DNA of 64,000 nt from a virus, in the IMG/VR virus record IMGVR_UViG_3300027749_000095, positions 8,200-72,199 of that record; one strand, written 5' to 3'. Positions 26,442 to 41,100 of this stretch are shown piece by piece. The notes below the pieces were generated by a model that did no database searches, had not been told where the DNA came from, and saw nothing but the letters and a program-made list of their open reading frames with translations. Numbering within the stretch: the first letter of the stretch is position 1; each line of letters opens with the position of its first letter. The position numbers and the translations under genes were made by a program.

Positions 26442-28525
26442 TATATAATCCTACCAGTAAAGATAATGTAGTTAATTGTCAAGTACGGATTCATTGTACT
26501 AAATGGAACTCCTATTGAGCCGGTAGTTTGTATGGGTCCGCTATTAGTCAAGTACTGTCCAGCGGCAGTGGCAGTGGCTCCTAATCCGCTCGAAGCATCT
26601 GTATCATCAGGTGCGCCCGAAGTATTCCTAAATGCATAATACTGCCCTCCTAAATTTCCTTGCAAGTTGTGCCTGTGTTGAGGAAGATTGCCCACAGATA
26701 ATGTTGTATCTTCTGTACCTTCAGACATACCAACAGTATCAGCAGTAACGGAAGTTACCCTATCTGCAGCTGGATTAATAGTGGCACCTGTGGCGGCACC
26801 AGTTGGTAATAACGGAACAAGTGTTTCGTTATTCATACTATCTTTACCTAGGGGAAATCTTCCTCTTAAATCAGGTAATCCAAATGTTGATACTCCTAAT
26901 ATATCAATTAACGGTTTATATGTGTAACTGATTGCTGCAAATAATTCTGGATACAACGAAATTAACTGCTCACTACCATCACATAACAAATATCCATTAG
27001 GCACAGTTATACCGGCAAAGGGCAGTATTGCACCTGCGGGAACTGTTGCTACATTTGATAAAAATGTTTGTTTATTAGTTTTTCTTAATCCTGTACCAAT
27101 CCTATGAATAATTAATTCATCAGAAATTACAGAATCAAGAACTGATGTTTTAGTATTAATAAAGTCTGAGCTAAGAACTGTGGTAAACGTAGCAATACCG
27201 CCGACTTGTTGTCCGGTAAAGCTAACAGAATTACTGGTCATATCTCCCGTTAAACTGAACACCGTTGGGCTAGTTAATCTAGATGCTGTTCCTGTTACCG
27301 AACCCGATAGTTGTCCAACAAACGTTCCGTTAAATGTAGTAGCGGTCATTGTAGGTGCGGTTATTGCGCCAGATGCAGCAATTGCGCCGGTTACTGTTAG
27401 TGCGCCAGTTGCCGCAGTACCAGTTATAACAAGATTTTGTCCCACATGCAAGTTTTTTGTAATAGATGCGCCGCCAGCAGTTTTTAAGCTGCCGGTAGTT
27501 AAGTTAGTTGCATTAGTAGTACCTGCAATTAATAAACTGTCACTTGTTTTAATTATACCAGTTACGTCTAACGCTTCTGTAGGATTAGTTTTATTAATAC
27601 CAACATTTGTTCCAGACACGGTAACAACATCCTTATCAGAGCCGCTTTGTCTAATTCTAATAAAGACACTCGAACCTTCAGTTTTATTATATAAAACTGA
27701 TTCACCAACTTGAGTAGTTGTTAATGAGGTTGAAAGATCTGTCCCTATTGTAAGGCCCGAATTATTTCTAATTCCAAGACTGTAATTAGTAATACTAGCA
27801 ACGTCGCTTCTTAAGAAGTTTATAGCTGCTACTGAATTATTTCCCACTAATAAGCTGTTTGCAGTCTCAGCAGTTCCCCATAATTTATTAAGCACAGTGC
27901 CGTTGCCGTTAAAATCTTTAGTAGAGATAGTAATCCCTTGCTTAATTGTTGCAAATCCAGAAATTGTAGTCTTTGGAGTAAATGCATCTTTGCTAATAAT
28001 CGCTACAATCTCATCGGCTACTACTAGACTAATTACTGTATGGCCAATACCAATAGGTGCTGTTGTATCAATAATAGTTTCAATGCGAGGGCCAGTCTGT
28101 GTTCCTTCACTAAATTGTGGTCCAACAAGAATCCAACTAGACCCTGACCATAAAGATAGCTGTTGATTAGCAGTGTCTACCCACAAGTCTCCAAGGGTTG
28201 CTGTGGCAGCAAGTGGTGCGCTGATTGATTTTCTAACGTTACCAGCGGCTATCCAGTTAGTGCTATCCCATACTTTTAATTGTGGCTGGGCTGGATTAGA
28301 TAACAATCCAGTGTCATACCATAATTGTCCTATTTGTGGATTTGATGGTGGAGACGCCTTGGCAAAATTCTCTAATAAATGCAAGAAATTTTCTGCAATA
28401 TACTGTGAATATCCAGTATAATTCTTCCCCACAAATGTCAAACTTGTTTCTTGATTAATCGTTTGATCGGCAACCGTAATACTACCGTAGTTTGGGGCAT
28501 CAGAGTGATCAATATTATATGACAT
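26441..28525 (-). CDS. tail fibre protein with tail-collar domain
   Basis: PAGAILPFAG...GYLLCDG...YPELFAAI...FGLPDLRGRF collar motif; C-terminal MNPYLTINYII. Confidence 0.85.
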   Translation of the reverse strand: MSYNIDHSDAPNYGSITVADQTINQETSLTFVGKNYTGYSQYIAENFLHLLENFAKASPPSNPQIGQLWYDTGLLSNPAQPQLKVWDSTNWIAAGNVRKSISAPLAATATLGDLWVDTANQQLSLWSGSSWILVGPQFSEGTQTGPRIETIIDTTAPIGIGHTVISLVVADEIVAIISKDAFTPKTTISGFATIKQGITISTKDFNGNGTVLNKLWGTAETANSLLVGNNSVAAINFLRSDVASITNYSLGIRNNSGLTIGTDLSTSLTTTQVGESVLYNKTEGSSVFIRIRQSGSDKDVVTVSGTNVGINKTNPTEALDVTGIIKTSDSLLIAGTTNATNLTTGSLKTAGGASITKNLHVGQNLVITGTAATGALTVTGAIAASGAITAPTMTATTFNGTFVGQLSGSVTGTASRLTSPTVFSLTGDMTSNSVSFTGQQVGGIATFTTVLSSDFINTKTSVLDSVISDELIIHRIGTGLRKTNKQTFLSNVATVPAGAILPFAGITVPNGYLLCDGSEQLISLYPELFAAISYTYKPLIDILGVSTFGLPDLRGRFPLGKDSMNNETLVPLLPTGAATGATINPAADRVTSVTADTVGMSEGTEDTTLSVGNLPQHRHNLQGNLGGQYYAFRNTSGAPDDTDASSGLGATATAAGQYLTNSGPIQTTGSIGVPFSTMNPYLTINYIIFTGRII

Positions 28526-29136
28526 TATGCAACCTCACTTAGTCCAGTCAAACTCTGTATACGTACAGTGTAGTCAACTTGGATTAATCGATTTAAACTC
28601 TTCTGAACAGGGTGGAAAATTACATGAGTTAATAGTTTGCTATTCCCAGTAGTACTATAAGACTTTAACCCCAATTCGTCAAACACAAAGTCTGAATTAT
28701 TGTTAGTAGTGTTGTCAAATGCATCTTGTCCTTGAGGCTCACCGTAGTCTAACAAGCAAGTAACAAATACGTCAGTATAGTTAGTACCTGTTACGTGACG
28801 AGTTTCAATTTTATTTCTAACTGGATCTAAATTAGTTACTGAACGATCATCTACAACCTTACTATACGTTTCGCTGTATAATGTAGCACTTGTTCCTGTC
28901 GAATTTGGCGTTAGATACGTGATAATACCTGTAGGATCCACAGTAGTGCCACCGTTGCCAAACGCAATTTCATAGATAAATCCTTGCCCAGAGTTGGCAA
29001 TACTTTCTGCCAACGCAACGCTCATATTTTCGTAGTGTATAGCATTACGTTTATTAATGAAAACCTCTTGGGTTTTAGGGTCATAAATTTTAATATGACC
29101 TTCTATATGAATTCCTGATAAGTCTTTACCTTGCAT
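28525..29136 (-). CDS. virion/baseplate structural protein
   Basis: NAIHYEN, FDELGL, HVIFHPVQKSLNR; lies in the baseplate-fibre operon. Confidence 0.65.
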   Translation of the reverse strand: MQGKDLSGIHIEGHIKIYDPKTQEVFINKRNAIHYENMSVALAESIANSGQGFIYEIAFGNGGTTVDPTGIITYLTPNSTGTSATLYSETYSKVVDDRSVTNLDPVRNKIETRHVTGTNYTDVFVTCLLDYGEPQGQDAFDNTTNNNSDFVFDELGLKSYSTTGNSKLLTHVIFHPVQKSLNRLIQVDYTVRIQSLTGLSEVA

Positions 29137-29156
29137 ATTGATCTCTCATTGTTTAT

Positions 29157-29162
29157 TATTTA
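29157..29162 (-). promoter_or_regulatory. late promoter TAAATA
   Basis: ATAAATAA overlapping the stop of the giant gene, upstream of 29136. Confidence 0.45.
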
Positions 29163-32100
29163 TCGTGGCCAAACAGTTGTGTTTTCCTTCAAGAAATTCG
29201 CGATCTTATTATCGGAATTTGCCAAACTCTTACCTGCATCGCCCCATTCTTTGCCTATTTTCTTAACAATAACCACTTTAGTATTGTCGGCGGCAGCAGT
29301 AGTTAACGTGACGCTATTATCTATTCCACCTATACTAAATTCTGCAGGGAAAGTACTGTCCCCTTCTAAACTGTATGGCTGATCATTTAGTTCTTCAAAC
29401 AGACTATATGCAACTTTCTTTAGCTTATATCCGCCCACGAACACATCAACTTCGTTTGTATTTTCTGGAATGTATGTTAAGTTGCCCACCTCTGTAGTAA
29501 CTCCATCACTAACTACTGTATCAACAATAATTTGGTCAGTGTACGGTATTGTTTCAGTTGGGCCGATGTCCTGGACTACTTCTCCTACAATATGTACTGT
29601 AGGGGTTCCTGTTCCTAATGTGCCTCGTCTCAATTGACCTAAAACATTTCCAACTTTAGTAAAGTATTCAATACGTTCACCGTTAATTTCAATAATACCG
29701 GGCAAGTTTAATACAGGATTAGGTACAGAAAATATTGATCCGTCTACTACAGTAATTTCAATATCAGATTGTATTAATTCAACAGCTAGTATTGATGCTT
29801 TGTCTGCACGTAAACGCTTGTAGTGTACTCGATTTAACATGTCTTTAAACTGCATAAATCCAAATGTCGTCCGTATAACGTTGTCAGTAAACAACATTAC
29901 TTGAACTACATCTGTATCTTCTAGTGAATCTTTTAATTTAACAGTTATTCGATCATTTTCTACAACATAATCAACACTATGTGTTAGTAACGTGCCGTTT
30001 TTAATAATCCATACAAAATCATCTGATACAGCAGGGCGGCGTAGAGTAAAATATCCGCCTAGCTTGTTGGTAAATTCATAATAATCAGTTGTGCCTGGAG
30101 TTAATGTAGCTGATGGAACAAATATATCAGTAGTCCTATCTATATCTAATAGCATATGATTATAGAATGTAACTATTTCTAACTCAGTAGATACAGGATA
30201 GATATCAGTAAACTCAATTGTTCCTGCATCCGTTATTGTATAATCTGAAGATAAGTCAACTACTACTGCAAGTTTATCTCCTGCAACATACGATGCTTGA
30301 GAAATGTTAATTGTAATTCCAAACAAATCAACAACATATCCCATACCCTGTTCTAACTTATTTGAAGCAGAATATACTCTAATATCAGTAGCGTTAATTG
30401 TGTATGTTGCAAATTTATGTGAAGGAATTGCATACGACAATACATTGTCTGCCATTGTGAAATATATTACTGTCGGTGGACGTAATATTTCTTGTCCTTT
30501 ACGCACAATTACATTTGTTTCGTATGGCTGTAACCCGCTGCCTGGTAATAAGTTAGGGCTTAAATTATCTAAATCATAAATTGTAGTAGAGCCGTCTGTT
30601 GTAATAGTCTGACTCTTTACTACGCTAGCCGTCTGTATAGTTGTGCTAGTATCTATCATATAGTTAATAAGTGCGTTTAATGTCACCGGAGCGCCAAATC
30701 GAATTCCTGTCCTATTAGGGCTACTGTATGTAGAATCAGTTCTAAATAGTTCGTAGCTAATTACTAATCCATTAACTAATACTGTAGAACTTAGTCCCGA
30801 ATCAATCCACGGAGCACGGGTAACGTATTCAGTAGTAGTGCCGTCGGCGATAAAATAATCTAAATCTAAAATATTATCACTATTGAATCCGACACTTATT
30901 ATACTTACTATTGAATTATCTATTGGTGCAAGATCAAATATCACAGAATTAGACGGCCAGTCAATAGTATAAGCTGTCTGTTCAATTACAATATTTCCAA
31001 CTTTAACAATTACTGCCCTTTCAGTTGCAAAGTTTTGTCCCACAACAAAAGTGGTGTTTATGCCGTTGCCTACATAGTTCTTAAACAAAATATTAGGAGC
31101 ACCACTTGCTGGTCTATGGAACACTTTAATTGCTAACGCATCTGTTACATGCCCTGGCACAATCTCCTCCGGAGCGTGGCTTGTTGTTGCTGTGACAAAA
31201 TCGTCGCCATCAATATTAATATCTGCAGGGGCATATCCAGTAGCAGTTGTTAAGACCGATCCGTTAAATGCACCGCCTTGCAGTTGCGTGTCGTATTCAT
31301 TTGGTTGCGGAAGAACACTTCCGTCACTTGTGCTTCTACGGAATACAACTTTATCACCGGCAGCAATAGTCAAATATGTGTTGGGTATAGTAAATATTTC
31401 GGTTGATCCGTTGCCCTCAATTGGCAACATTACTACATTCGGCTTACCTGCCATTGGATATGTTATAAAATCAGGATCGTCAATGCGATTACCGTTAACA
31501 TATATGTTAACTATTTCAGCAACTGCCGGAGCATATTGTAAATCATATGTGTAAACTCCGGCGCCTGCTGTAAAGATTCTATCATCAAATGCAGAGTCAA
31601 ATCCATCCCAACTATCGCTAAACCACGGAAGCGCATCCCATCCGCCAGTTGCGCCAAATCCCATTCCTTGTAATTGAACTCCGTCGTAATCAATTCCGCG
31701 CATTAACTGCGCAAGATCTTTTCCTAGCATACCACTTGATGGCTCATAGAAGAAATTAATTCTGTCAGCTGCTGACATATGTTCAAAATTCTTTTCGTAG
31801 GTGATCCTAATAGTTTCACCCACATTAGGTGCTGTGTCTAATTTTAACAAGCCCGAATAGCTAGTGTATCCTCTGCTTGTAGATTTTTTAGTGGTTAATG
31901 CATATTCGCCGCGTAAAATATCAATGCCGGTTACCCCCGGTGCATCAGGATCAATGCCCACTGGATATAACTTAATAGATGCTGATCCAATTTCTATTCT
32001 AGGACTCCACTTTAACGCAAACTGTACACGAGATCCAGTACCAGTAAATGTTTCAGTTTCAGTTTTTTCGCTAATATAATACGCACGAGTTATTCTATCA

Positions 32101-35100
32101 AACTTGATAGTAATTTTATTAGATCTAACCACTTCACTTTCAATTATTGCCACTACAGTTGCAGGAGTGCCACCTTCTGATAATCCGCCATCAATTGTAA
32201 TTATTGGGGCTTTAAGATACCCTGTGCCTCCAGAAACTATATTAATACGGTTAACTTTACCATTGGAAATATATGCCTTGGCCATTGCGCCTGTACCAAA
32301 TCCTCCGTCTATCCTAACTACAGGTTGATTAATATATCCACTGCCGCCGTCAAATATTTCTATTGACTGAATAGTGAATCCCACATGGTCATACCAATGT
32401 TTCCACGGGTACGCAAGAATGTCACTCGAAGTTGCATTAATACTTCCATCGTTACTAACTGTTACACTCATCGGAGTAATTGTTAACTTATTAGTAACTA
32501 GTGGAATTAAGTCAAAGTCAGTAGTTGACTGTCTAGCATAATCTGTTTTATTGTATAAGCTAACATACTCTCTAATTTTTGTTCTATAAGGTTTTACTTC
32601 ATTTATATAATCTTCAAAATTAGACAAATTATCGTTATTATACGTAACTTTTTCTTTTAGTTCACCAACATTGTGAGTTGCTTTTACAAAGCTAGTTTTA
32701 AATGCCCAGTCAATAAAAATTTGTTCGTGCAATACATAACGTAAACTAGAGAAGAACAATTTTAAATATTCTACTCGTAGATCATCTACAAAGATTTTAT
32801 CTTTAATAGCAGTAATAATGATTCGCAATTCTGCTGCTGCAAAATTATCATATAATGATGCATCAAATAGTTGATTATCAAATCCTATCGACGAGTTAAC
32901 AAACGTATATATACTGCTTGAGAGTTGAATGGTTCCATTTTGTCTACCGACTACTTTGTAGTTTTGTGTGTAATCGATAGTTGTTAAATCATTATATTTT
33001 TCCAATAGTAGCCAACCGCCGGTGCCAATATTTTTTACCTTTACTATATTTCCAATATTTGCAGATAAAGTTACAAGATAATATGTGTTATCAACTAAGT
33101 GATCAATTTTTGTAAACTGTGTATATCCGGTAGCATACCAATCAGTATAATTCCAAAATTTTGTTACATCATACGACTGACTTCTTGATCTGTCCCACAC
33201 CTTATCTTTACTATTCCATGCATATATACTCCACTTGTTAAAAGAATTAGTGTCGCTTAATACTAATACAGAATACGGTCTAATTGACAAGATAGTATCG
33301 TCAAAGTATCCGCGACCTTGATTTTGTATTTTAACAGAAACAATTCTACCGACAGCATCTAATACTGCTGTTAATATTGCACCAACGCCCGAACTGCTAA
33401 TTTTAATCAAAGGAGGATTGTTATATCCGTATCCGGGATTATCTATTAATACATCAGTTATAATTCCATTTTCAGTAACAGCAGTTAATCTTGCTTGAAC
33501 TAATGTTGCTGTACCGATAAATTTTAACTCAGTCTCAAAATCTATTGTAGTATCCCATAATCCAGAAACTGTAGATGGTAAGGGGTCAGATAGCAGTAGA
33601 TCACTTAGGTCAAACTCGTCAACAATTAAATTTTCCAGTAGTACATAATTTACATGTTCTATGTATTGCTTTAGAGCTTCAACTCGATTGATAAACATTC
33701 CTTGACGTGGTCTAAATTCAGTCCCGTATCTATTTTTTACTGGCAGGTTAGTATCAGGTACTACTCGATCGTTACTATCTTTTCCAATCAAACTATCTAT
33801 CCATTTATTTTCAATATTCTTAGGAATAGTAGTATTACCGTGCTCGCTTATAATTTTCCACTGACTGTGTAGATTAATTTCGTGATTGTCAATCAACCAT
33901 GTTTGGAAATTCAATACTACATCAGTTCCCTGAACAGTTTTGTTAACATTAACTAAGCTAAAGCTATTTACGCCTGTTGGTGCAACACATGTGTACCCGT
34001 ATCCGATAGGGTCAGCAATTAATTTAGAAACATTGTCAGCTGACAATGTTCTTCCTGCAACATTAGGTGTTACTGTTTTATTCTTAACCCAGAAATAATA
34101 TGTCGGAATTAATTTTTGCCCCACAGTATCATACTTGTTCTTAACACTATAACTTGCGTCTCCGTACCGGCTTGTGCCACTGATGCCAGTGACTAACCCC
34201 TTAACAGTGTCGGCTAATTTGTCCCATTCACTTGGCAAATATTTTGTTTCAACCCATTCGTAAATGTCAATACTGGCAGTTTTATATAACTTATTCCATG
34301 TTGTTGATCTGTATACAACTTCACCGCCTTGATTATCTAAAAACTTAGCACGAGTCAAATCCCACCACAACATACCTATTTGATTTTTAGTCCAGTTTAG
34401 TCCGCTATCGACATTAACGGAAGCAGATCCTATAGAATATGTTGCGGGGTCAAAGTATGTTTTATATCTAATTTCTTGATCGGCTGGTCCAGGGATCTTT
34501 CCTTGTATTGGGTCAACTACATCAAGATATGTTACTATACTGTTAGTTACTCTGTTATATAGATACGCTTTTTTAACATTAGAAATATTTGGTCTTGGTT
34601 GTTCTTGATAGTATAGTTCCCAGGAAGTAGACGTAGCAGCCTTTGAGTAAGAATATACTGCTCCCACTAATAAATTGTCTCTAGGTGCGCCAACTAAGAT
34701 AGTGTCCTTACCTGCTGCAATTGATGCCCCGTAGCCGTTGCCGTTTACTGCAACAATATCAGCATCAAGACTTTCACCATACAAGAATTTAGAACCATAC
34801 ATATCATACACGTCAATTCGACCAGTATCTACTTGTTTATTAACTATTCTAAGAGTGTTGTTATCAAATGTAGTTGGAGAATTTCGAAGCGGCGATGCAG
34901 GATCATTAATATATCTACTACCATGAACTGCTTCGGCGCCTTCTAATAACCTTGTATAAACGTCCACAGTCCCTATTCTGTTTAAGTCGCCACGTTTTGC
35001 AAGTACTACTAATGTAGTATCATTGTTAGTAAAGTATACTGCGGCTCCAAACTGCTCTCCTCGTTCTTTTGCGGGACTCACAATACTTTGATATAAAGTG

Positions 35101-38100
35101 TACTGTGTAGGATCAAGCGTATAAATGTACACTGCTCCTTGGTCAACTTCTGTTACATCAACTAATGAACTGCCAATTGCAATATAATCAGCAGACTGAG
35201 ATATTGCTATACTTTCGCCGAATCTGTTACCTATAGCACCTGATAAGGTATCAAACAAATCATATCCAGTTTCACCTATTTGATATACATATACATCACC
35301 TGCACTATCATTTGCAATTGGTGCGGCTGCAACAAACATGTTTCCGGTAGCAGATATTGCAATATTATATACATCAATTATCGGCAATGCAGTTACATAA
35401 TTAGCCCATGTTCCTGTTGTTACTTGATAAAAATATACTTTATCAAGAGCCGATATTGCTAAAATATAAGTGTTGCCATTTTTAGCAAATGCTAATTTAG
35501 ATCCAAACAGCTCGTCGTCATCCGGAGTTTGACTAATAATATACTCAACAAAAACATACCCTGTGCCGGGAGTATTATAATAAAGAGAAACATATCCTTG
35601 ATTGTCTAATCCGCTACTATCAACATTAGATGCATACGGAGCAGCAATAGCTAACCATTTGCCATCGGCAGATAGTGCAGATTCAGAGCCAAACTCTTGG
35701 GCTGCTATATCAGCAATTGAGGTATCTATTACTATTGATTGATTTTGAATCCAGTTATATGTGGTAGAGGTAGAATAATATTTTTCAAAGATAATTACTT
35801 GATCTGCATCGGTAACTATTGCCGTTATTCCCGATTGTGATAATGTTACTTTCTTTCCAAAATTTAAACCAGTAATATCTGGAACTGTGGCAAGGTCAAT
35901 TTTAGAAACACCATACACTTTAGTATTTTCATACACTCCCCAATTACCGTTACCGGAATCTTTTGCCCACAGTAATTCACCAGGTTTGATAACTGTCGGT
36001 AAGTTGTCGTTTGCATTTTCAATATTATCAAACAAGCACGGTAGGAACTGATACAGTGAGATTTGTGTGCTATCAACCGGTGCTTCCCATCCTGCAACTG
36101 TCACTTTAATATTAATAGTACGCAATTCTACCGAATACACCGAATGGAACCCTTTGACTAACTCATTGTTTTCAATGCCCAGTATGTCGCCGGGTGTGAT
36201 GTTGGGAATCCTATCACATGTAATAGACAAAACGCCAGCTGCATACGTTACGTCTTCTACATTAAACACACTATTAGTAAATCGATATACATTCCATTTT
36301 TCATTAAAGCTGTTTAACTTGTTTTCAAACGCACACCAAACATAATCGCCCTCGATAAACGTGCTAATGTCATATTGTACTGCATCACTTAACTCATCAA
36401 CACTTAATTTTACATCGTCGTATCTAACAAATCCGGGAGTACGCAGATACTGTTTAGTGCCAGTCACAGTCCATATGTTGTTATTATAATCTAATGGTTT
36501 AATATATACATCTGACGGACGTTGTCTATACACAAAATCTATCACTGTAGGATCAATGGCCGATACTAGCTCAACTGGCTGAGGATTAACTTTAAACTTT
36601 GATTCGTCTAGCATAAATTCTGTTTCGGCAAATGCGGTAACTGCTCCGTAATCGCCAACACGTACTGCCCATTCTTCATTAAATGTTAAACTTTCCATGC
36701 CGTCAGCACTTAGTACATCAAATAATTTATTAAGCACATTTTGTGTGCCTTTCTCAATAATCATTCCTTGATAAAATTTATATTGACTTACATCGTCTTT
36801 AATAATATTTTCAAGATACTGACGTTTCTGATATCCGATTAAATGTTGAGCAAATTTTTGTTGTTCAGCATCAAAGTTATCAGTGTCTAAATCATAGAAG
36901 TCGGTGAATTGTTCTGTTCTGTAATCCCAGTTAGCTACCATCTTTGATGTCGGCTTTTCTGCCAATATTGCCCAATCTGCCGCAGCAAATTGTTGTGCTC
37001 CTGGAAGAGTTGACAACGCTGAATAATAAAACTCTTTATATTTTACGATGTCGCCTAACTTATAATCAACCCACGGAGTCCAATCATTAATTTTAGCTTG
37101 GTCAAATATAAATCCGGGAATATTAAATCCGCCTTTCCAATTTTGACTAACATATCCAATAACTTTAATGCGCTCTTGTCGATATCCAGGCTCAAGGTCA
37201 TATATTACATCATTAAACAATGTTGTATTATCTAAAATTAATGCATGTTCTTTCTGTATCATAAAAAATACAGCGCCATATATGCCGTGAGTTGTGTTAG
37301 ACGGGGTTATTGAAAACTCATTAGCTTCGGAATTTCTATATGTGTTAGTAAATTCGGGTTCTAATTTTTGACCGTCTACTCTAAATATTTTATATCCAAA
37401 GAAAGGATCTAGCAGATCGTTAACTACGCTGTTAGTAGTTACTATTGATAGTCTGTTTGCCGACGGACTTAAAGAAAGTACTGCGCCGGCTCCCCAGTTC
37501 TGAGTTGTCCAAAACATAAATTCTTTTACAGCAGTTTCCCAATTAGTAATAGATTTTAATTCTGTGTTAAAGTCGTTAAACACAAATCCCTGATCTGTTA
37601 AGTATGCTCCGTACCCTTGTAGGAAATCAACTACATCTTGTACCGTGGATAATTTTGTGCCGTATCCCAGAGTTAGTTTTGTTGTAATATCCCACGCTTT
37701 TCGAATATTTGCGTCACGACCTCCCGACACTGGGAGCCTTGCAAGTTTTGAAAACAGCGTACTATCAAATGTATCAGTAGCCGTATGAGTAATGTTTACC
37801 CTATAAAATTGATTATTATAATTTACAATGATTCCGGAGGCATATTGTTTTCCTGCCGACCATATAATATAACTGTCAGAAATACCCCCAACATTAATAG
37901 TTCTTCCCGAATCCATCCATGGATGGTAGTTAAAATACGGCTGTTCGTTGTAATACCCGGTAATTTCAAATCCGTCAGGATGTTTTGTAATAACCACGGC
38001 GCTATATACAACTTTTTTAACTGCTGAAGATGTGTTTAGAAAAACAGTGTAATTTTCTTCTGGAACAAACACCCCGCCTGTACTTGTAGGACTCTTGCTG

Positions 38101-41100
38101 TCTAATAATAATTTAAATTTACTCTTTGCAGTAAATCCGCCTAACTTGACTCCGAGATTATTAGTTAATGAATCTAAATCTGTTTGGTATTGGTTGATCA
38201 ATACACTTGTATCATTAGTCATAAAATCAATTATATAATTAATTAGACCAGATGTTAGTACCCTTGTTGAACTTAATGTTGTAGATGGCAGTACAATATC
38301 AGCAAGTCGAATGCGTAATCCTGTATCGGCATATACAAATTGTCCACTAAGGTTACGGACTATACGGCTTCGATCTAAACATGTTCCTAAAACTTTATTA
38401 GGTTGTAATAATAGGGCTGCTTGAATAACTGCAAACGGATAATGCCCCGAACGACGCCATGCTGATTCAACTGGGCCCACATCTCCGAATGTATAATATC
38501 CTTCAGCCGTAGGTTTAATTGTGCCGTTAACAAAATTAGCATCAACTGGGTTTTGCAAGTTGCCAGCATTGTCTACCGGAACTCCCTTTGCTAATATTGA
38601 TTTTGCAAATTTTTCCAAACGTCTAATAGGTCGGCCTGGTTCTTTAACTATGCCTTGACGAATATCATCCCACATGATTAAATTGTCGCTTGTATATGGA
38701 ATTGGTCCATATACTTCTTTCCACCATTTTGGTTGTATACTAAATCCTAAACATTCCCACGGATGAGTGTGTGGGCGATCGGTATCTAATACCCAACGGT
38801 AAATACCCCTCCAAAATGCAGGCACAGATACCCCGTCAGGGGTATAATTTCCACGATAATTAAATGTGAATGGATTTAGTCTGTCCCACCATTCGGCATT
38901 TTGTTTAGCATAATCCGTTCCAACATTAGTAGTCCACTGATAGAAAAATGTTCCCAATATGTCTTCAAACTCTTCTTTTGAATACGTAGTTACTCTATCA
39001 TATCCAGGAATATGATCATATATATTAAAAATAGTTGAATCGTACTGTACTTTAATATTATTAAAGATACGTTTTTCTAATTCTAATATTAAATCGTCGC
39101 GATAGTCGCCGAACGCAATTGTTATACTACCGTCATGTCCTTGTATAACTTCTGTTGGTTCTGCATATGTTGTATCAATGAACTTTGAAGGGACAAACTT
39201 AGGATATAATCCTAATTTAGTAGGAGTTGCGGGACAGAATGATCCGTCAGTGCTTTCGTATTCTACAGCAACAATTGTATCGCCGTCGACTAAGTCTGTT
39301 AATATTTCAAAAAATACGTCAGTGCCAAAAACATAATCAATGCCTTCAATAAGCTGCACTTCATTAAGATAAATGTTAACAGACTTATTAGATAATACTG
39401 TTAAATTAAATGCAGTTGTTAATGGATACACTTTCGTACGAGCATCAAGGACTGTATATTCAAGTAATGTAGATGCTGAGTAGCCATACATATCCGATAG
39501 ATAGTATGGTCGTGAAGTAGATTTATCTTTTGCTAATTCTGCTAATACAAAATCAACATGGCGTTGAGGATCAGTGTCAATCCCCAAACTTGACGCTGTT
39601 ACAATAAATGCTCTTTTAAATTTACTGTAATCATCTCTTGCTTGCTCAAGCGCCTTGAAAACGTTTGCGGTCGACGATCCAAGATGATATAAACTTAAAT
39701 TCACTGGGCCGCTGTGCTGAATAAATCTTGTGCCGGACGGTGTAATATTTCCAATGTCCCGTAAATTACCGGTACCTGGGTATGTGCCGACAAATGTAGT
39801 AATGTTATCTATTATTGAGTCCACGTGATCAATTACTTGACCCAATGTAAATTCAGATAGATTGTCATTCAGCGGATTATTTTGTAAATTAACTGGAATT
39901 TCATAATATCCGTTATCATTTTTTTGCTGTGCTGCTAAACATTTTAATGTTATAACGTCTGTAGTTGCAACGGCGGTTGTTAATAATACATATTTTCTAA
40001 TATTACCAGTAGCAATAGTATACGCAGATCTAGCTAGTCGTTTTCCGTTAATATATACTCTAACTTCTAAATCATCTAAATCATCTACGTTAGAATAAAC
40101 ATCAATAGGAAAATTATTAACTAGCCCACTTTCTTTAAAAATTCTAATAATAGGTTGTAAATGTGTTATTTCTGTAGTCTTCCAACCGTTAACATAATCA
40201 AAAACTGTTAAACTTGTTACAGACTTTAAAAACCCAACATCAGTTTTTTTAGTAATAATGTCAACTACGCTTTTGTAATTAAAGCTGTCTGATAGCAAAG
40301 TAAATTCAAACGCAATGTCACCAATGTTGTTTATATTCTGATAAGCTAAGGGAAATCCTAGTTCACTGTCGTTAGTGCCAGTTCCTAACTTATATGAAAA
40401 TATTTTATTTCCGGTAAAGGTTGTTCCGTCATATACTAATGCATTTCCGTAGCTAGTGCCATCAGAATCAAATACGTCAAATAATGGCGATTGATTAACT
40501 AGTGTTTTCTTTTGCCCTAATTTCCATGCTGTGCCTGTGTACCAGTACATTAGTCCTTGATTGACTAACCCTTGCTCTACTAGTACAGTTTCATTTTCTA
40601 AAGGAATACTGTCAGCAGCTTCTACCAAGTTGATCTGACGGCGAGCGCCTGCAAACACTTCTAATTTGTGAACGTCGGAGCCTGTGGCAAAAATGTCTGC
40701 GGTTACTGTTAAGTTTTTGTCGACATATAATTTAATTTGTGTTGAATTAACTACCGATACGTAATATGCTTTTCTGTTAGTTAACCCAGAGATACTAGTG
40801 TTGCCATTGTTAAGATACAGTACCTGATTACCAGTTGTTAGCCCGTGGCCGATCTCACCAGTTAGCGTATTAATTTCAATAGTGATAATATCGGTTATAG
40901 GATCAATTCCCAATAATGCATAAAATCCTATTTGTCTTCCGGGAACTGTAACATTAACAAAATTAATATCAAAAATTCTATCTTTTACTAATGAATCAGT
41001 ATCGGCAGCAAATAAAACCCTCATACCGCTAGCTAGATCTACTCCGTCAATATTGTATCCTAACTTGCCTTCAATTGAGGAAAATGCATCTGTTGTAAAT

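Noticed and set aside
26441-28525. Diversity-generating retroelement or invertible fibre tips
   Set aside because: No reverse transcriptase, invertase or template/variable repeat pair seen in the window.
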